Assembly: GCA_963803705.1 (NCBI GenBank)
Contig: CAWDNU010000001.1
Span: 320,001-384,000, forward strand
Reading direction: 5' to 3'
Length of the DNA: 64,000 bases
Source of the DNA: an uncultured Pseudobdellovibrionaceae bacterium
Lineage (GTDB): Bacteria; Bdellovibrionota; Bdellovibrionia; Bdellovibrionales; UBA1609
Shown here: one piece after another, positions 19,694 through 28,785 of the stretch
How the letters are laid out: each line of letters begins with the position of its first letter
How positions within the stretch are numbered: position 1 is the stretch's first letter
Notes under the pieces: model-generated
Database searches by the model: none
What the model was told of the DNA's origin: nothing
What the model saw: only the letters and a program-made list of their open reading frames with translations
Translations under genes and position numbers: made by a program

Positions 19694-21802
19694 GTGAGCA
19701 TTTTCAGAGTCAATACATCTTTTTTTAACAAGAAAGACTGTCCTAAGAAATATAGACAGCAGCAGAAAGGACAAATTTCGGTTTTCCTTGCGTTGGGATT
19801 TCTAGTTCTGTTCACTATGTTTGGGATGACAATTAACGTCGGAATGATTGTTCACGATAAAATTAACATTCAAAACGCGGTTGATTTTACATCTATGTAT
19901 GTGGCTCAACGCCAAGCCGAGATGTTAAATGCCATTGCACATTTTAACTATCAGATAAGACAAGCTCATAAGCTGTTGTCTTATAGATACGTGGTCTTGG
20001 GGACTGCAGGGATAGCTAATGATCGAACACCTCAGTTCACAGAAGTTGATGATCCTTTAGCAAATAAATCAAACTATCCGGCTTGTGTTGCTGATGATAA
20101 AATTATGGTTTATCCATCAGGAACCAATGACCAATTTTGCAATGTAAACAGATTTAATACAGCATTCCCAGGTATTCCAATACTTAGTGTAATAAATGGC
20201 GGTTTGGGCGGCAACTTCGGGTTGCGGGCCCAGACTGTGGCAATTGGTTTGGGTATTGCCAGATCATTTGCTTCAGCAGGTGCAGTCAACTGGTGGTTTG
20301 TAGCAAACATCATGGGAAGTTACCAAAACCAAGTGTCCTACAGAAAATCTATGATAAAGGCTTTAGCCACAAATTTAACCCGGCCTATTGTTGCAGGTCC
20401 AAATGGCATGAAGGATCTTTACGAACAATCAGTTTACGAGGGGGCTAGAAAAACTTTTGAATTTAATTTATCCGAGTCTTCTAGAAAAGCTGGTGGGTTT
20501 TCAGTTCAAATCCGAAACTCTTTGGAAGGGGTAACAATAAGAGAGTGGCTTCCAGAAATCGCGACTTTTATATTACCTACTTATGCAGAATATCCGGACG
20601 TGTCAGCAACTGGAGCTACAGATAAGCTTGAGCCAATATTTTATTACCTTTATCCACAAACCTATGAGAATAATACATCTGGTGCACGGGCAGATATAGA
20701 CAGTAACATATTTAATATCGTTGACCCCTCAAGAACTCTAAAAGACATGGCTGATGAAAATTATCCACCAGGATCTGATTATGAAGCTATCTTAGGTTTT
20801 GAAAAAAACCCTTGGTATATGATCTATAATCAAGTGCAAGGTAACGTAAAATCTGGAGCTCTTTTTTCACCTGTACCTGTAATTGAGTTAAAAGCTCAAG
20901 CATTTGCGAAACCTTTTGGTGGGCGCATAGGTCCTTGGTACGGCAGGGAATGGCCCCAAGGTGCAGCAACATCATCGGATGACAAAGTAGAACCCCTATG
21001 GCCAAACAGGCGCATTGGTGCTGAAGCACCACCAACTAATCCAGATCCAAGTATATTACCTAATGCACCAAAATATCCAGGGGACCGATTGGGTTATAGA
21101 TCACTTATGGCCCAAGGTTCAACTGGACAACTTGGTGGCTCAAGCAAAACTAATAGGTTTAATTTAAATGATTATATTAATGTCACTTTTGATTTGTTCC
21201 CAGGAAGAAATTTTCAAGCTTTAGCCGGTGGCGATATGAGGCAAAAAGAGCTTTCAGCTATTGCACCGGATTTATTTGACATCACTTACTATTCTATAGA
21301 GCCCAACTTTCACGAAAACTATTTAGAAGACAAGCTAGACACGTGGTTGTTAGATGAAGCCAATCCATTTTTTCTCAGGGGACTAAGTTATTCGGGCCCT
21401 ATTTGGCGCGATTTGGGCTATTCTACCCTCCCTGCGCTTACAACTTTTAACATTAGAAATCAGTTGATCAGTCCAATAAGACAGGCTTTTTCATCTCAAG
21501 TTTTTTATTTTTTAGATGCCACCTTAGAAGGCTTAGCAAATGTTCTTACCTCGTGGGTCGGAGGTGATGAAGTCATGGATTACAGAGCCCCATCATCTGG
21601 TTCTGTACAAAATAGATTTGGAAAGTGTGAAACTTTTTTTACACCTTCAGGAAATAAGCCAAACGTTCCAGGTGAATGTATAAATAATGGTGGACGTGCG
21701 GGGTATTCAGTTAAAGTGGTATCGAAAGAATATCTACTTTCTAACCAGCACAGGATGAGTCCCAACTCTACCGGAAGTATTTTAAATCCACCCATTGAAT
21801 AA
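19694..21802 (+). CDS. TadG/TadE-like pilus-associated protein with a large C-terminal domain
   Basis: Prepilin-like KGQISVFLALGFLVLF...INVGMIVHDKINIQNAVD; TCCGATAT sigma28-like -10 at 19677. Confidence 0.8.
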   Translation: MSIFRVNTSFFNKKDCPKKYRQQQKGQISVFLALGFLVLFTMFGMTINVGMIVHDKINIQNAVDFTSMYVAQRQAEMLNAIAHFNYQIRQAHKLLSYRYVVLGTAGIANDRTPQFTEVDDPLANKSNYPACVADDKIMVYPSGTNDQFCNVNRFNTAFPGIPILSVINGGLGGNFGLRAQTVAIGLGIARSFASAGAVNWWFVANIMGSYQNQVSYRKSMIKALATNLTRPIVAGPNGMKDLYEQSVYEGARKTFEFNLSESSRKAGGFSVQIRNSLEGVTIREWLPEIATFILPTYAEYPDVSATGATDKLEPIFYYLYPQTYENNTSGARADIDSNIFNIVDPSRTLKDMADENYPPGSDYEAILGFEKNPWYMIYNQVQGNVKSGALFSPVPVIELKAQAFAKPFGGRIGPWYGREWPQGAATSSDDKVEPLWPNRRIGAEAPPTNPDPSILPNAPKYPGDRLGYRSLMAQGSTGQLGGSSKTNRFNLNDYINVTFDLFPGRNFQALAGGDMRQKELSAIAPDLFDITYYSIEPNFHENYLEDKLDTWLLDEANPFFLRGLSYSGPIWRDLGYSTLPALTTFNIRNQLISPIRQAFSSQVFYFLDATLEGLANVLTSWVGGDEVMDYRAPSSGSVQNRFGKCETFFTPSGNKPNVPGECINNGGRAGYSVKVVSKEYLLSNQHRMSPNSTGSILNPPIE

Positions 21803-21814
21803 TTTTTTTTAGGA

Positions 21815-21987
21815 GTTTTTATTTTGGAAACTTTCTTTTTCTTACCTTCAAAATATAGGGCGAGCTTTGGACACTTGACTTGCAAACAATAATTTTTTTT
21901 ATTTTTTTAGATTTGTATATGCAAGTCTTCGCGCCAAAGAGCCCTATATTTTGAAGGTAAGAAAAAGAAAATTTCCAAAATAAAAAC
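21815..21987. repeat. Foldback element B: 47-bp arms (21815-21861, 21941-21987) around a core
   Basis: Arms complementary with 1 mismatch; core TTGGACACTTGACTTGC...GCAAGTCTTCGCGCCAA. Confidence 0.9.
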
Positions 21988-21991
21988 ACTA

Positions 21992-22116
21992 GGGCCTGTT
22001 GAAAAAGTATTAGATTCTAGGCGTCCAAGCTTAAAATCGAATGAGTCGTAGTTTATCTACGTCGAATGAGATTTAAGCGAAGGCAACAACGAAGATGATG
22101 CTTTTTCAACAGGCCC
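21992..22116 (+). mobile_element. 125-bp MITE-like element, copy 1
   Basis: 16-bp TIR GGGCCTGTTGAAAAAG; exact reverse complement of 38634..38758; flanked by ACT(A)...ACT. Confidence 0.9.
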
Positions 22117-22427
22117 ACTTAAAAAAATAACGAAATATGGTTTGGCATGCTCAAACAATAACAGGTGCATTTTAGTGTTAGGTTTAGTGAGCTCATCTTT
22201 TCTACATAGGTTATTTCTGTAACGCGCGTAAATCGCCATTCTTAAAGAAATTCAGGAGCTAGCTCCTTAAACAAAAGATCGTGATCAGTTAGTGCAATAG
22301 ATTTACAACTGTTTTACGACTGTGACCAAAGTGTGAGGTTTTATAAATTTTTTTATCTAAATGTCTCAATATGAAATAAATTTGTTATTTGAACTTATAC
22401 TGACTGGCTTTAGGTCCGAAAAGATAA

Positions 22428-23702
22428 TTGAAGGTGAATCTTATGGAAATAAAGAACTTAGTTCTATTGCTTGTTTTAGTTTTTGGATTCTCGGACGTGT
22501 CGGCACAAGATTCAGTCGCAGCTGTGACTTCTAATCTTGAAGGTGCGGTTGCAAAGCCAATCGAAACAACACCTAAACAAAAAATGATTAAAAGCGATGG
22601 AAGTCCCTTAGAAAATTGCAGCGGGACAGCTCAGCAAGCTGTAAGAGAGTGCCTTTCGCCATCTAGTGGCGGAATGAAAAAAGCCGCACAGATGTTGACC
22701 ACAATTCCTTCGATTGCAACGGCTTTTATGGCAGGTGGTGATGCAGGTAAAATGGCAAATATGTGTAAAATGACAGCATTGGCCGGAATGCTAGGTGGAC
22801 TTTTAAACGGCGGTCAAAATAGAACCTGTCAGGATGCTGCTGGCGCATGTGAAGAATCTTGTGGTCAGTCTAAACAGATTTTAACAGATGAAGCTAATGA
22901 AGCGGCAAGTTCAGGTGACCAAGCTACTTACAATTTTAAAAGACAACAGATAAGTCAAGTGGATCAAACTAAAGATGAATGTATAAATAAAGTAGAACAG
23001 CAAATGCAACTAGCCCAACAGCAGCAGCAAGCTAATCAAGAACCTATGGGGGGAGCTGAAGCTTGTCAGGCAGCACTGGATCCAGAGCCTGAAGACGAAA
23101 TTGTAGATTGCGGTTTGGATCAATTTAAAGGCTACCCGGAATGTTCAACTGTATCAAAACTTGATCCTATCGATTCAACCTTTGAGCCAGGGATTGCGCT
23201 GGGTAGCGACCCAGCAGAAATTGATCTTCCTGAAGCTGATGATCGCGAAGAATACTGGAACAGCTTAAAGAATAAGGCTGGGGGTGGCGCTGGTGGTGGA
23301 TCTGGAATGGGAGCCGGGGCCGGGGCTTTGGGTGGCGGTTCTAACGGTGGGTCGGGATCAAAATCAGACGGACAATCTGGGGGGGGCCGAAGAAAGTCAG
23401 GCTCTGCAATGGTATCTGGTGGTACGGCGACTTCGGGTTCAAATTCAGGTTGGAACACAGGAGATTCTGATTTTAATAAAAAGTTCGCAAAGTTAAAAGC
23501 TAAGAAAAAAGGTTTAAAAATGTTAACCAAGAAAAAACTAGGTGGTCGTGGCTTGGCCGGTAGTGAATTTGCCATGGCTTCAGAGGACATATGGACCCGC
23601 GTTTATTTAAGAACAAATACAAGGTGTACAAAGCAATTAACAGATTGCAACGCCAATAAATCTAAAAACCCTTATGGTAAAAATATCACGGAGTCTTTAT
23701 GA
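22428..23702 (+). CDS. Secreted Cys-rich protein with Gly-rich linker (likely start ATG 22443)
   Basis: Signal peptide ending VSA-Q; paired Cys; polyQ and poly-Gly tracts; TCCGAAAA sigma28-like -10 at 22415. Confidence 0.75.
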   Translation: MKVNLMEIKNLVLLLVLVFGFSDVSAQDSVAAVTSNLEGAVAKPIETTPKQKMIKSDGSPLENCSGTAQQAVRECLSPSSGGMKKAAQMLTTIPSIATAFMAGGDAGKMANMCKMTALAGMLGGLLNGGQNRTCQDAAGACEESCGQSKQILTDEANEAASSGDQATYNFKRQQISQVDQTKDECINKVEQQMQLAQQQQQANQEPMGGAEACQAALDPEPEDEIVDCGLDQFKGYPECSTVSKLDPIDSTFEPGIALGSDPAEIDLPEADDREEYWNSLKNKAGGGAGGGSGMGAGAGALGGGSNGGSGSKSDGQSGGGRRKSGSAMVSGGTATSGSNSGWNTGDSDFNKKFAKLKAKKKGLKMLTKKKLGGRGLAGSEFAMASEDIWTRVYLRTNTRCTKQLTDCNANKSKNPYGKNITESL

Positions 23703-24547
23703 TGTTTTCAAAAACTATAATCGCGATACTGATGCTTTTTTCTGGATTTAACGCACAAGCAGCCGCATCGAATTCAATGAACAGCACTGGAATTCAAGAA
23801 GCTGTTAATTCTGGAGCAAACGGTGCTTATGGATCTGAAAAAGCTGCTCGTTGCAGCAGTAAACGGTATCATAACTGTATTAAAGCTGCCTTAGGTTTTG
23901 CTCAAATGGGGATGAGTTTGATGCAGATGATGCAAACTATGGGATCCAGGGATTCTTTGTCACCAGGCACAGACTGGAGAAACACGGCCTTAGTAAATGA
24001 CTTCGGACCTATCTCACCAGGTGATGCAAACTTTATGGATCCGGTTATGGATGCTATTCGCAGTGGTACTTACGCAGATTATTTAGTTGCCCAAAAAAAA
24101 TTAACAGATCTATCCCAGCCGAGCATAGATCTGTTGGCGCAAAATGGTGTAACTTTTGACGCACAGGCTGGGACTATTACAACTTCAAATGGCACTCAAA
24201 ACTTATCTGATTTGGCTTCACTAGGCGCGGACGGAAATATAGCTGCCTACGAGGACAGGCTGATCAAGGCCATGGGATTAGACACAAGCGGCGGCGGTGG
24301 CTTGATTATGGCTAGTAGCGGTGCTGCTAATGGAGCGTCAAATCGGTCGTTGTCATCAGTTGATTCAGGTTTATCAGTGGACAGCTTTCTAAGTAATTTA
24401 GACAAGGGCAAAGTTGATCAAAATAAAGTAGCTGGGTTATCTACTAACACAAAAGATGGCACCCCAATCGGAGTTTCAATGGGTAATCTTTTTAGAACTA
24501 TGCAATTAAAATATGATAATTTAGAGACTAATAAAGAGTTTAAATAG
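23699..24547 (+). CDS. Secreted hypothetical protein, translationally coupled to the upstream gene
   Basis: ATGA overlap; signal peptide ending AQA; C-terminal PIGVSMGNLFRTMQLKY. Confidence 0.75.
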   Translation: MMFSKTIIAILMLFSGFNAQAAASNSMNSTGIQEAVNSGANGAYGSEKAARCSSKRYHNCIKAALGFAQMGMSLMQMMQTMGSRDSLSPGTDWRNTALVNDFGPISPGDANFMDPVMDAIRSGTYADYLVAQKKLTDLSQPSIDLLAQNGVTFDAQAGTITTSNGTQNLSDLASLGADGNIAAYEDRLIKAMGLDTSGGGGLIMASSGAANGASNRSLSSVDSGLSVDSFLSNLDKGKVDQNKVAGLSTNTKDGTPIGVSMGNLFRTMQLKYDNLETNKEFK

Positions 24548-24698
24548 CATTTTAAAATTCAATTCAGTTTTTTAAACCTAACTTTTTAATTTGGCTTTCT
24601 GATCTAGGGTTAGGTTAGATAAGTCAGAGGTTCAACCTTTACAGCCTTTACAATTTTCACCATATTGGTACTCTTAATAAAGTAGGAGCACTAGATAG

Positions 24699-25784
24699 AT
24701 GAATGTCTTAGGAATTATGAGCGGTACAAGTGTTGACGGTGTTGATTATATATTATGTAAATCCACCAAAAATCGAAGTAAACTTAAATTTCAAGATCAA
24801 GCTTTTATAAAATTTCCTGAACGGTTAAGAGATAAAATACTAAAGGCTGCTTCAAACGAATTAGATTTCCAAACTGTGGGTTTACTTCATTACGAGCTGG
24901 GAAAATTCTACTCTGAAAATTTAAAAAAAGTAAAAATTAAAAAAAATTGGTCGTTTGATTTGATTGGTCTCCACGGTCAGACTGTATTTCATTCACCAAA
25001 GAAAAGCACAATTCAGATTGGCGACGCCAATTTTCTGAAAAAAGACTTTGGTAAGCCGGTGGTTTCTCAGTTCAGAAATATGGATATTGCTTTAGGCGGT
25101 CAAGGTGCTCCATTTGCACCATTTTTTCACAAAGAGCTTATGAAAAAAGAGAAGAAAACCTGGTGTTTTCAAAACTTGGGTGGCATTGGAAATGTAACCA
25201 GTATCCAAAAAAATAAGCTTGTTGCTTTCGACACAGGTCCAGCTAATCTTCTAATTGATTTCTATATGAATAAGTTATTTAGAAAAGATTACGATAAAAA
25301 TGGAAGAGTTGCATCTAAAGGTCTGCCCCATGAAGAGATTATCCGTACGCTATTAAATCAAATATCATATTTCAAGCTTAAGCCTCCTAAAAGTTGTGGA
25401 CGCGAAAATTTTTCGGCTCTAGTTCTGATTAAAGAATTAAAATCATTAGAAAAAATATCAAAAGAGGATCAGATTGCAACGCTTACAGAATTTACTGCTA
25501 GATCAATAAAAGACCAATATGCAAGATTTTTGAAGGTGGCACCTAAAGTTATTATCCTATCAGGCGGAGGTGCGAAGAATAGTTTTATGAAAAGTAGAAT
25601 TCAATTTCATCTTCCAGATAGCGAAGTTTTAACCAGCGAACAATACTGCGGTTGGCCGGTGGATGCTATTGAGGGGGGCGCATTTGCTTGGATGGCACTC
25701 GAAAGAATAGCGCAGTCCAAAATTAAGGATTTACCCTTCGTAACAGGCGCAAAATCGGCGAGCACCCTTGGCTCCATCACTTAG
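24699..25784 (+). CDS. anmK: Anhydro-N-acetylmuramic acid kinase
   Basis: GIMSGTSVDGVD, HGQTVFH, GGQGAPFAP, NLGGIGN, FDTGPAN, PPKSCGRE. Confidence 0.95.
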   Translation: MNVLGIMSGTSVDGVDYILCKSTKNRSKLKFQDQAFIKFPERLRDKILKAASNELDFQTVGLLHYELGKFYSENLKKVKIKKNWSFDLIGLHGQTVFHSPKKSTIQIGDANFLKKDFGKPVVSQFRNMDIALGGQGAPFAPFFHKELMKKEKKTWCFQNLGGIGNVTSIQKNKLVAFDTGPANLLIDFYMNKLFRKDYDKNGRVASKGLPHEEIIRTLLNQISYFKLKPPKSCGRENFSALVLIKELKSLEKISKEDQIATLTEFTARSIKDQYARFLKVAPKVIILSGGGAKNSFMKSRIQFHLPDSEVLTSEQYCGWPVDAIEGGAFAWMALERIAQSKIKDLPFVTGAKSASTLGSIT

Positions 25785-25814
25785 CACCTAAGTGCACCTA
25801 AGTGTGGGGAATAA

Positions 25815-26672
25815 CTAAAGGGATCTTAAGATCTGCTGTTCAAAGCTATTCTTGTAGGGGTAGTGATTTGGATGGGTCGACCTAAAGTAGGCGTGGGTAC
25901 GAGTGAAGGAATTTTCAATATTGTCATCTAAGTATTTAGATAGAAGCAAGTGATTGGTTTTATAATCCTTGATGGTCCCAAGTTCATACCAAGACACGTC
26001 TATAAGATTTTCAATTTTGACGTTCTGTCGTTCTGTCTGAGGTAACTTTAGTAAAATATCATATATCAAATTATCGGGTTTATCTGAAATAAAATTAAAT
26101 ATCCTATTGGAAAAAATATAGCAGCCAATAAAATGATGGAATTGAGATAAAGATAAATTAGGATCTGTATCTTGTTTCTTTGTGTCTTCGACGTAACCAG
26201 CGCTAATAAGATTATTATTTTTATCTGTAGCTAAACCTGGAAAGTCCGCCCCGCAACCATCTTTTGAAATTGTAAATAGAGTAGCTAACCTTTTTTCATT
26301 AATATGTTCCTTTATAGCCTTTTGAAAAGGTTCTAGACTGTCATAAATAAAAAGCGAATCTGCATTCAACACAAGAAAATCAGACTCTTGCTGCAGACTT
26401 TCTCTTGCGTGACTAAGCCCACCAGCGCTATTTAAAATAGTTTTCTCAAAATAACTTTCAGCAACTATGTCAAAGGTCTTTAGTGCTGTATCCACTGACT
26501 TCGGGTTATGGTGAGTGTTATAAACCATATTGGTAATTCCCATTTCTCTGGAAAAAAAGTAGGGATATAAAATTTGAGGTAATCCTAAAAACGGAATTGC
26601 GGGCTTAGCATCAGTTTCAGTGAAGGGTCTAAGTCGAGTTCCATAACCAGCTGCTAGAAAAAAAGCCTTCAT
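25815..26672 (-). CDS. murU: Sugar-phosphate nucleotidyltransferase (MurU-like)
   Basis: MKAFFLAAGYGTRLRPFT...KP; coupled to the amgK-like gene. Confidence 0.7.
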   Translation of the reverse strand: MKAFFLAAGYGTRLRPFTETDAKPAIPFLGLPQILYPYFFSREMGITNMVYNTHHNPKSVDTALKTFDIVAESYFEKTILNSAGGLSHARESLQQESDFLVLNADSLFIYDSLEPFQKAIKEHINEKRLATLFTISKDGCGADFPGLATDKNNNLISAGYVEDTKKQDTDPNLSLSQFHHFIGCYIFSNRIFNFISDKPDNLIYDILLKLPQTERQNVKIENLIDVSWYELGTIKDYKTNHLLLSKYLDDNIENSFTRTHAYFRSTHPNHYPYKNSFEQQILRSL

Positions 26673-27694
26673 AGCTTTTTGCTCTCAATATCTTGAATAT
26701 GATATTCGGTGAAAAGCATTCTTAAGAATTTGTAATCGTCTAGTTCGCCAATAATTTTTTTAGTTTTTGTGAGCGTGGGTTGGATGTGCCTTATATACCT
26801 GGTGTCCTTATTCTGATTGTAGAAACTAGAAAAACTGCCACATGCTTTTAGTGTCCTCTGTATTATCTGAATCTTATAATTTAAAATGAACTTATCCCAA
26901 CTTTGAACTACATCAGCCGACATTTTTTCATAATAATATCTTAAAAGTTGCTGCTCAATTTGTTCAGGTATGTCTACATACGAATCTCTGATTAAACTTA
27001 CTAAATCGTAGTGACAAGGACCAAGCCTAGCGTCCTGAAAATCAATAACATATGTTTGATCCCTATGAATCATAATATTTCTAGAGTGGTAGTCTCGGTG
27101 ACAAACAACTTTAGGCAATTGGCTTAGGTGTTCGCAGATCTCATCGAAATCAGAGTCCAAGCCCTTTTCGTAATCTGCACTTAGCTCCAGCTCAAAAAAA
27201 TCAAGCAATAAGTTTGTTTTCATATAATTTAGCTCCCAAAGCAGCTTAGCTTTGTCGAACTCGATATGAAAAAATGGCGCACTAGATTGCTTATCTATAC
27301 TAATTTTATGAATTTTTATGATTTCATCAATGGATTTATAATAATAGGGAAGAGTTAATTCCATATCTTGCGTTTCGTAGAACCGGCGCTCAAGGGTTAG
27401 ATCACCTAAATCCTCTAGCAGGAGGTAGCCAAGACTCATATCGTAGCCCAAAACTTTTGGAACTTGGCTGCCATTTTCACTTAAAGCATTTCGAATTTGT
27501 ATAAAATTTGTTGCCATTTTTTGATCTGATTGCGGAAATATCATCAAAATATAGCTATCTAGTAGGTTATAAACACGAACATATCGCCTGGCGCTGGCAT
27601 CTCCGGCTAACTTTTGAAACTTAACTTCGTTTATGGATATATGCTTTTTTAAAAAATCAAAAGTTGAAGGGTCTTCACGAAGTTCGGGGCACAT
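26669..27694 (-). CDS. amgK: Anomeric MurNAc/GlcNAc kinase (AmgK-like, APH family)
   Basis: LAGDASARRYVR, LLLEDLGD, HRDYHSRNIM, IDFQDARLGP. Confidence 0.85.
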   Translation of the reverse strand: MCPELREDPSTFDFLKKHISINEVKFQKLAGDASARRYVRVYNLLDSYILMIFPQSDQKMATNFIQIRNALSENGSQVPKVLGYDMSLGYLLLEDLGDLTLERRFYETQDMELTLPYYYKSIDEIIKIHKISIDKQSSAPFFHIEFDKAKLLWELNYMKTNLLLDFFELELSADYEKGLDSDFDEICEHLSQLPKVVCHRDYHSRNIMIHRDQTYVIDFQDARLGPCHYDLVSLIRDSYVDIPEQIEQQLLRYYYEKMSADVVQSWDKFILNYKIQIIQRTLKACGSFSSFYNQNKDTRYIRHIQPTLTKTKKIIGELDDYKFLRMLFTEYHIQDIESKKL

Positions 27695-27763
27695 AAAAAA
27701 AGTCTAAGCTCTGTTAATATAAGAGACAAGAGGTTTGTGCTTTAAATAAGTGCGATTTAATTA

Positions 27764-27844
27764 GGGCCTGTGGAAGATTCACCTAGGTTTTAAATTCTTT
27801 TGAAGATGAAGTAGTAAAAACCTAGACGAATCTTCCACAGGCCC
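27764..27844. mobile_element. 81-bp palindromic MITE-like element
   Basis: GGGCCTGTGGAAGATTC...GAATCTTCCACAGGCCC plus inner CTAGGTTTT/AAAACCTAG; same outer ends (TAGGGCCTGT...ACAGGCCCA) as the 125-bp element. Confidence 0.75.
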
Positions 27845-27857
27845 AAAGGGTAAAGTA

Positions 27858-28676
27858 TTAAATCAAACGACTGAACGATGTCTCGTCATCGATCGAATCA
27901 ATGATCAACCCTACAATTTCATCCTTTTTAGAAAAACTATATCTAAAATCAATATCCACCCTATGCTTCTGGAGAGTTTCTAGGAATAATCCTTCGCCGT
28001 GTAAAAGTTTTTTAAGATCAGAATAGTTGCTTGAACTTGAAAATATAACCTGCGCTCCTCTTAGTTTTTTTGGTAAATTTAAATAAAGAGCAAATAAATT
28101 TCTTTGAGCAGGGGAAAGACTTAAAATTTCTTTGATGTAAATCAACGAATCTTGCAATTCAAATAAATCACTAATCTTTGAAGGCGAAGGTGTTAAAGCG
28201 TTCCAATATACAAGACAAGTTTTTTTGCTTAAATCTAATACATCCAAGGCAATTTTGATTCCGTCAGTTGGTTCTAAACAGTTTAGGTAGATATTGAATT
28301 TATCACAAGGGTGAGAGCTAAACCTAGGTTTTGCTGTTGAAATAGCGGGTAAAAGAATATCTTTGATAGCATTTCGCACTTTATCCATAGTCTGTTTATC
28401 AATACTTTTAGAAGATTGAATTTGTAGAATTCCCCAAAGATTATCCGACTGATAAACTGGAATTACGGCTGTCTTGCCGCCTTTCAAAACTCTGTAAGGA
28501 ATTTTTTTCGTTTCGAAATATGTGAAAAGGGCAGAGTCAGTGGTAGTCATCAAAGTTTTAGTTCTGTATTCAAACGTATTCTTGAAAAGCCTTAAAAGAC
28601 TCTGCAATGCCTTCTGTTCTCCAGAAAGAAAAGGTTTTTTAGAGAATTCAGATGCTACATTAAGTCTACGTTCCAT
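27858..28676 (-). CDS. Hypothetical protein with a degenerate GAF-like plus sigma54-AAA-like region
   Basis: LIYIKEILSLSPAQ...VIFSSS echoes the bEBP Walker B/sensor I region; no Walker A or GAFTGA. Confidence 0.5.
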   Translation of the reverse strand: MERRLNVASEFSKKPFLSGEQKALQSLLRLFKNTFEYRTKTLMTTTDSALFTYFETKKIPYRVLKGGKTAVIPVYQSDNLWGILQIQSSKSIDKQTMDKVRNAIKDILLPAISTAKPRFSSHPCDKFNIYLNCLEPTDGIKIALDVLDLSKKTCLVYWNALTPSPSKISDLFELQDSLIYIKEILSLSPAQRNLFALYLNLPKKLRGAQVIFSSSSNYSDLKKLLHGEGLFLETLQKHRVDIDFRYSFSKKDEIVGLIIDSIDDETSFSRLI

Positions 28677-28693
28677 AAATTTGGACTAGTTAA

Positions 28694-28710
28694 AGCAAAG
28701 GTTGAGCCAG
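28694..28710 (-). promoter_or_regulatory. Sigma54 (-24/-12) promoter
   Basis: Minus strand CTGGCTCAACCTTTGCT, GG-N10-GC, 18 bp upstream of ATG 28676. Confidence 0.65.
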
Positions 28711-28785
28711 AATCATAGTCCAGTTTTTTAGTTGTGAGGGTCTAAAGATCAAGATTCGTATGATCTCTAAACAATTGTAATGAAA

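Noticed and set aside
19514..19774. N-terminal extension of ORF 18692..19774
   Set aside because: It overlaps the divergent tadG-like gene and its promoter; the signal peptide begins near 19513.
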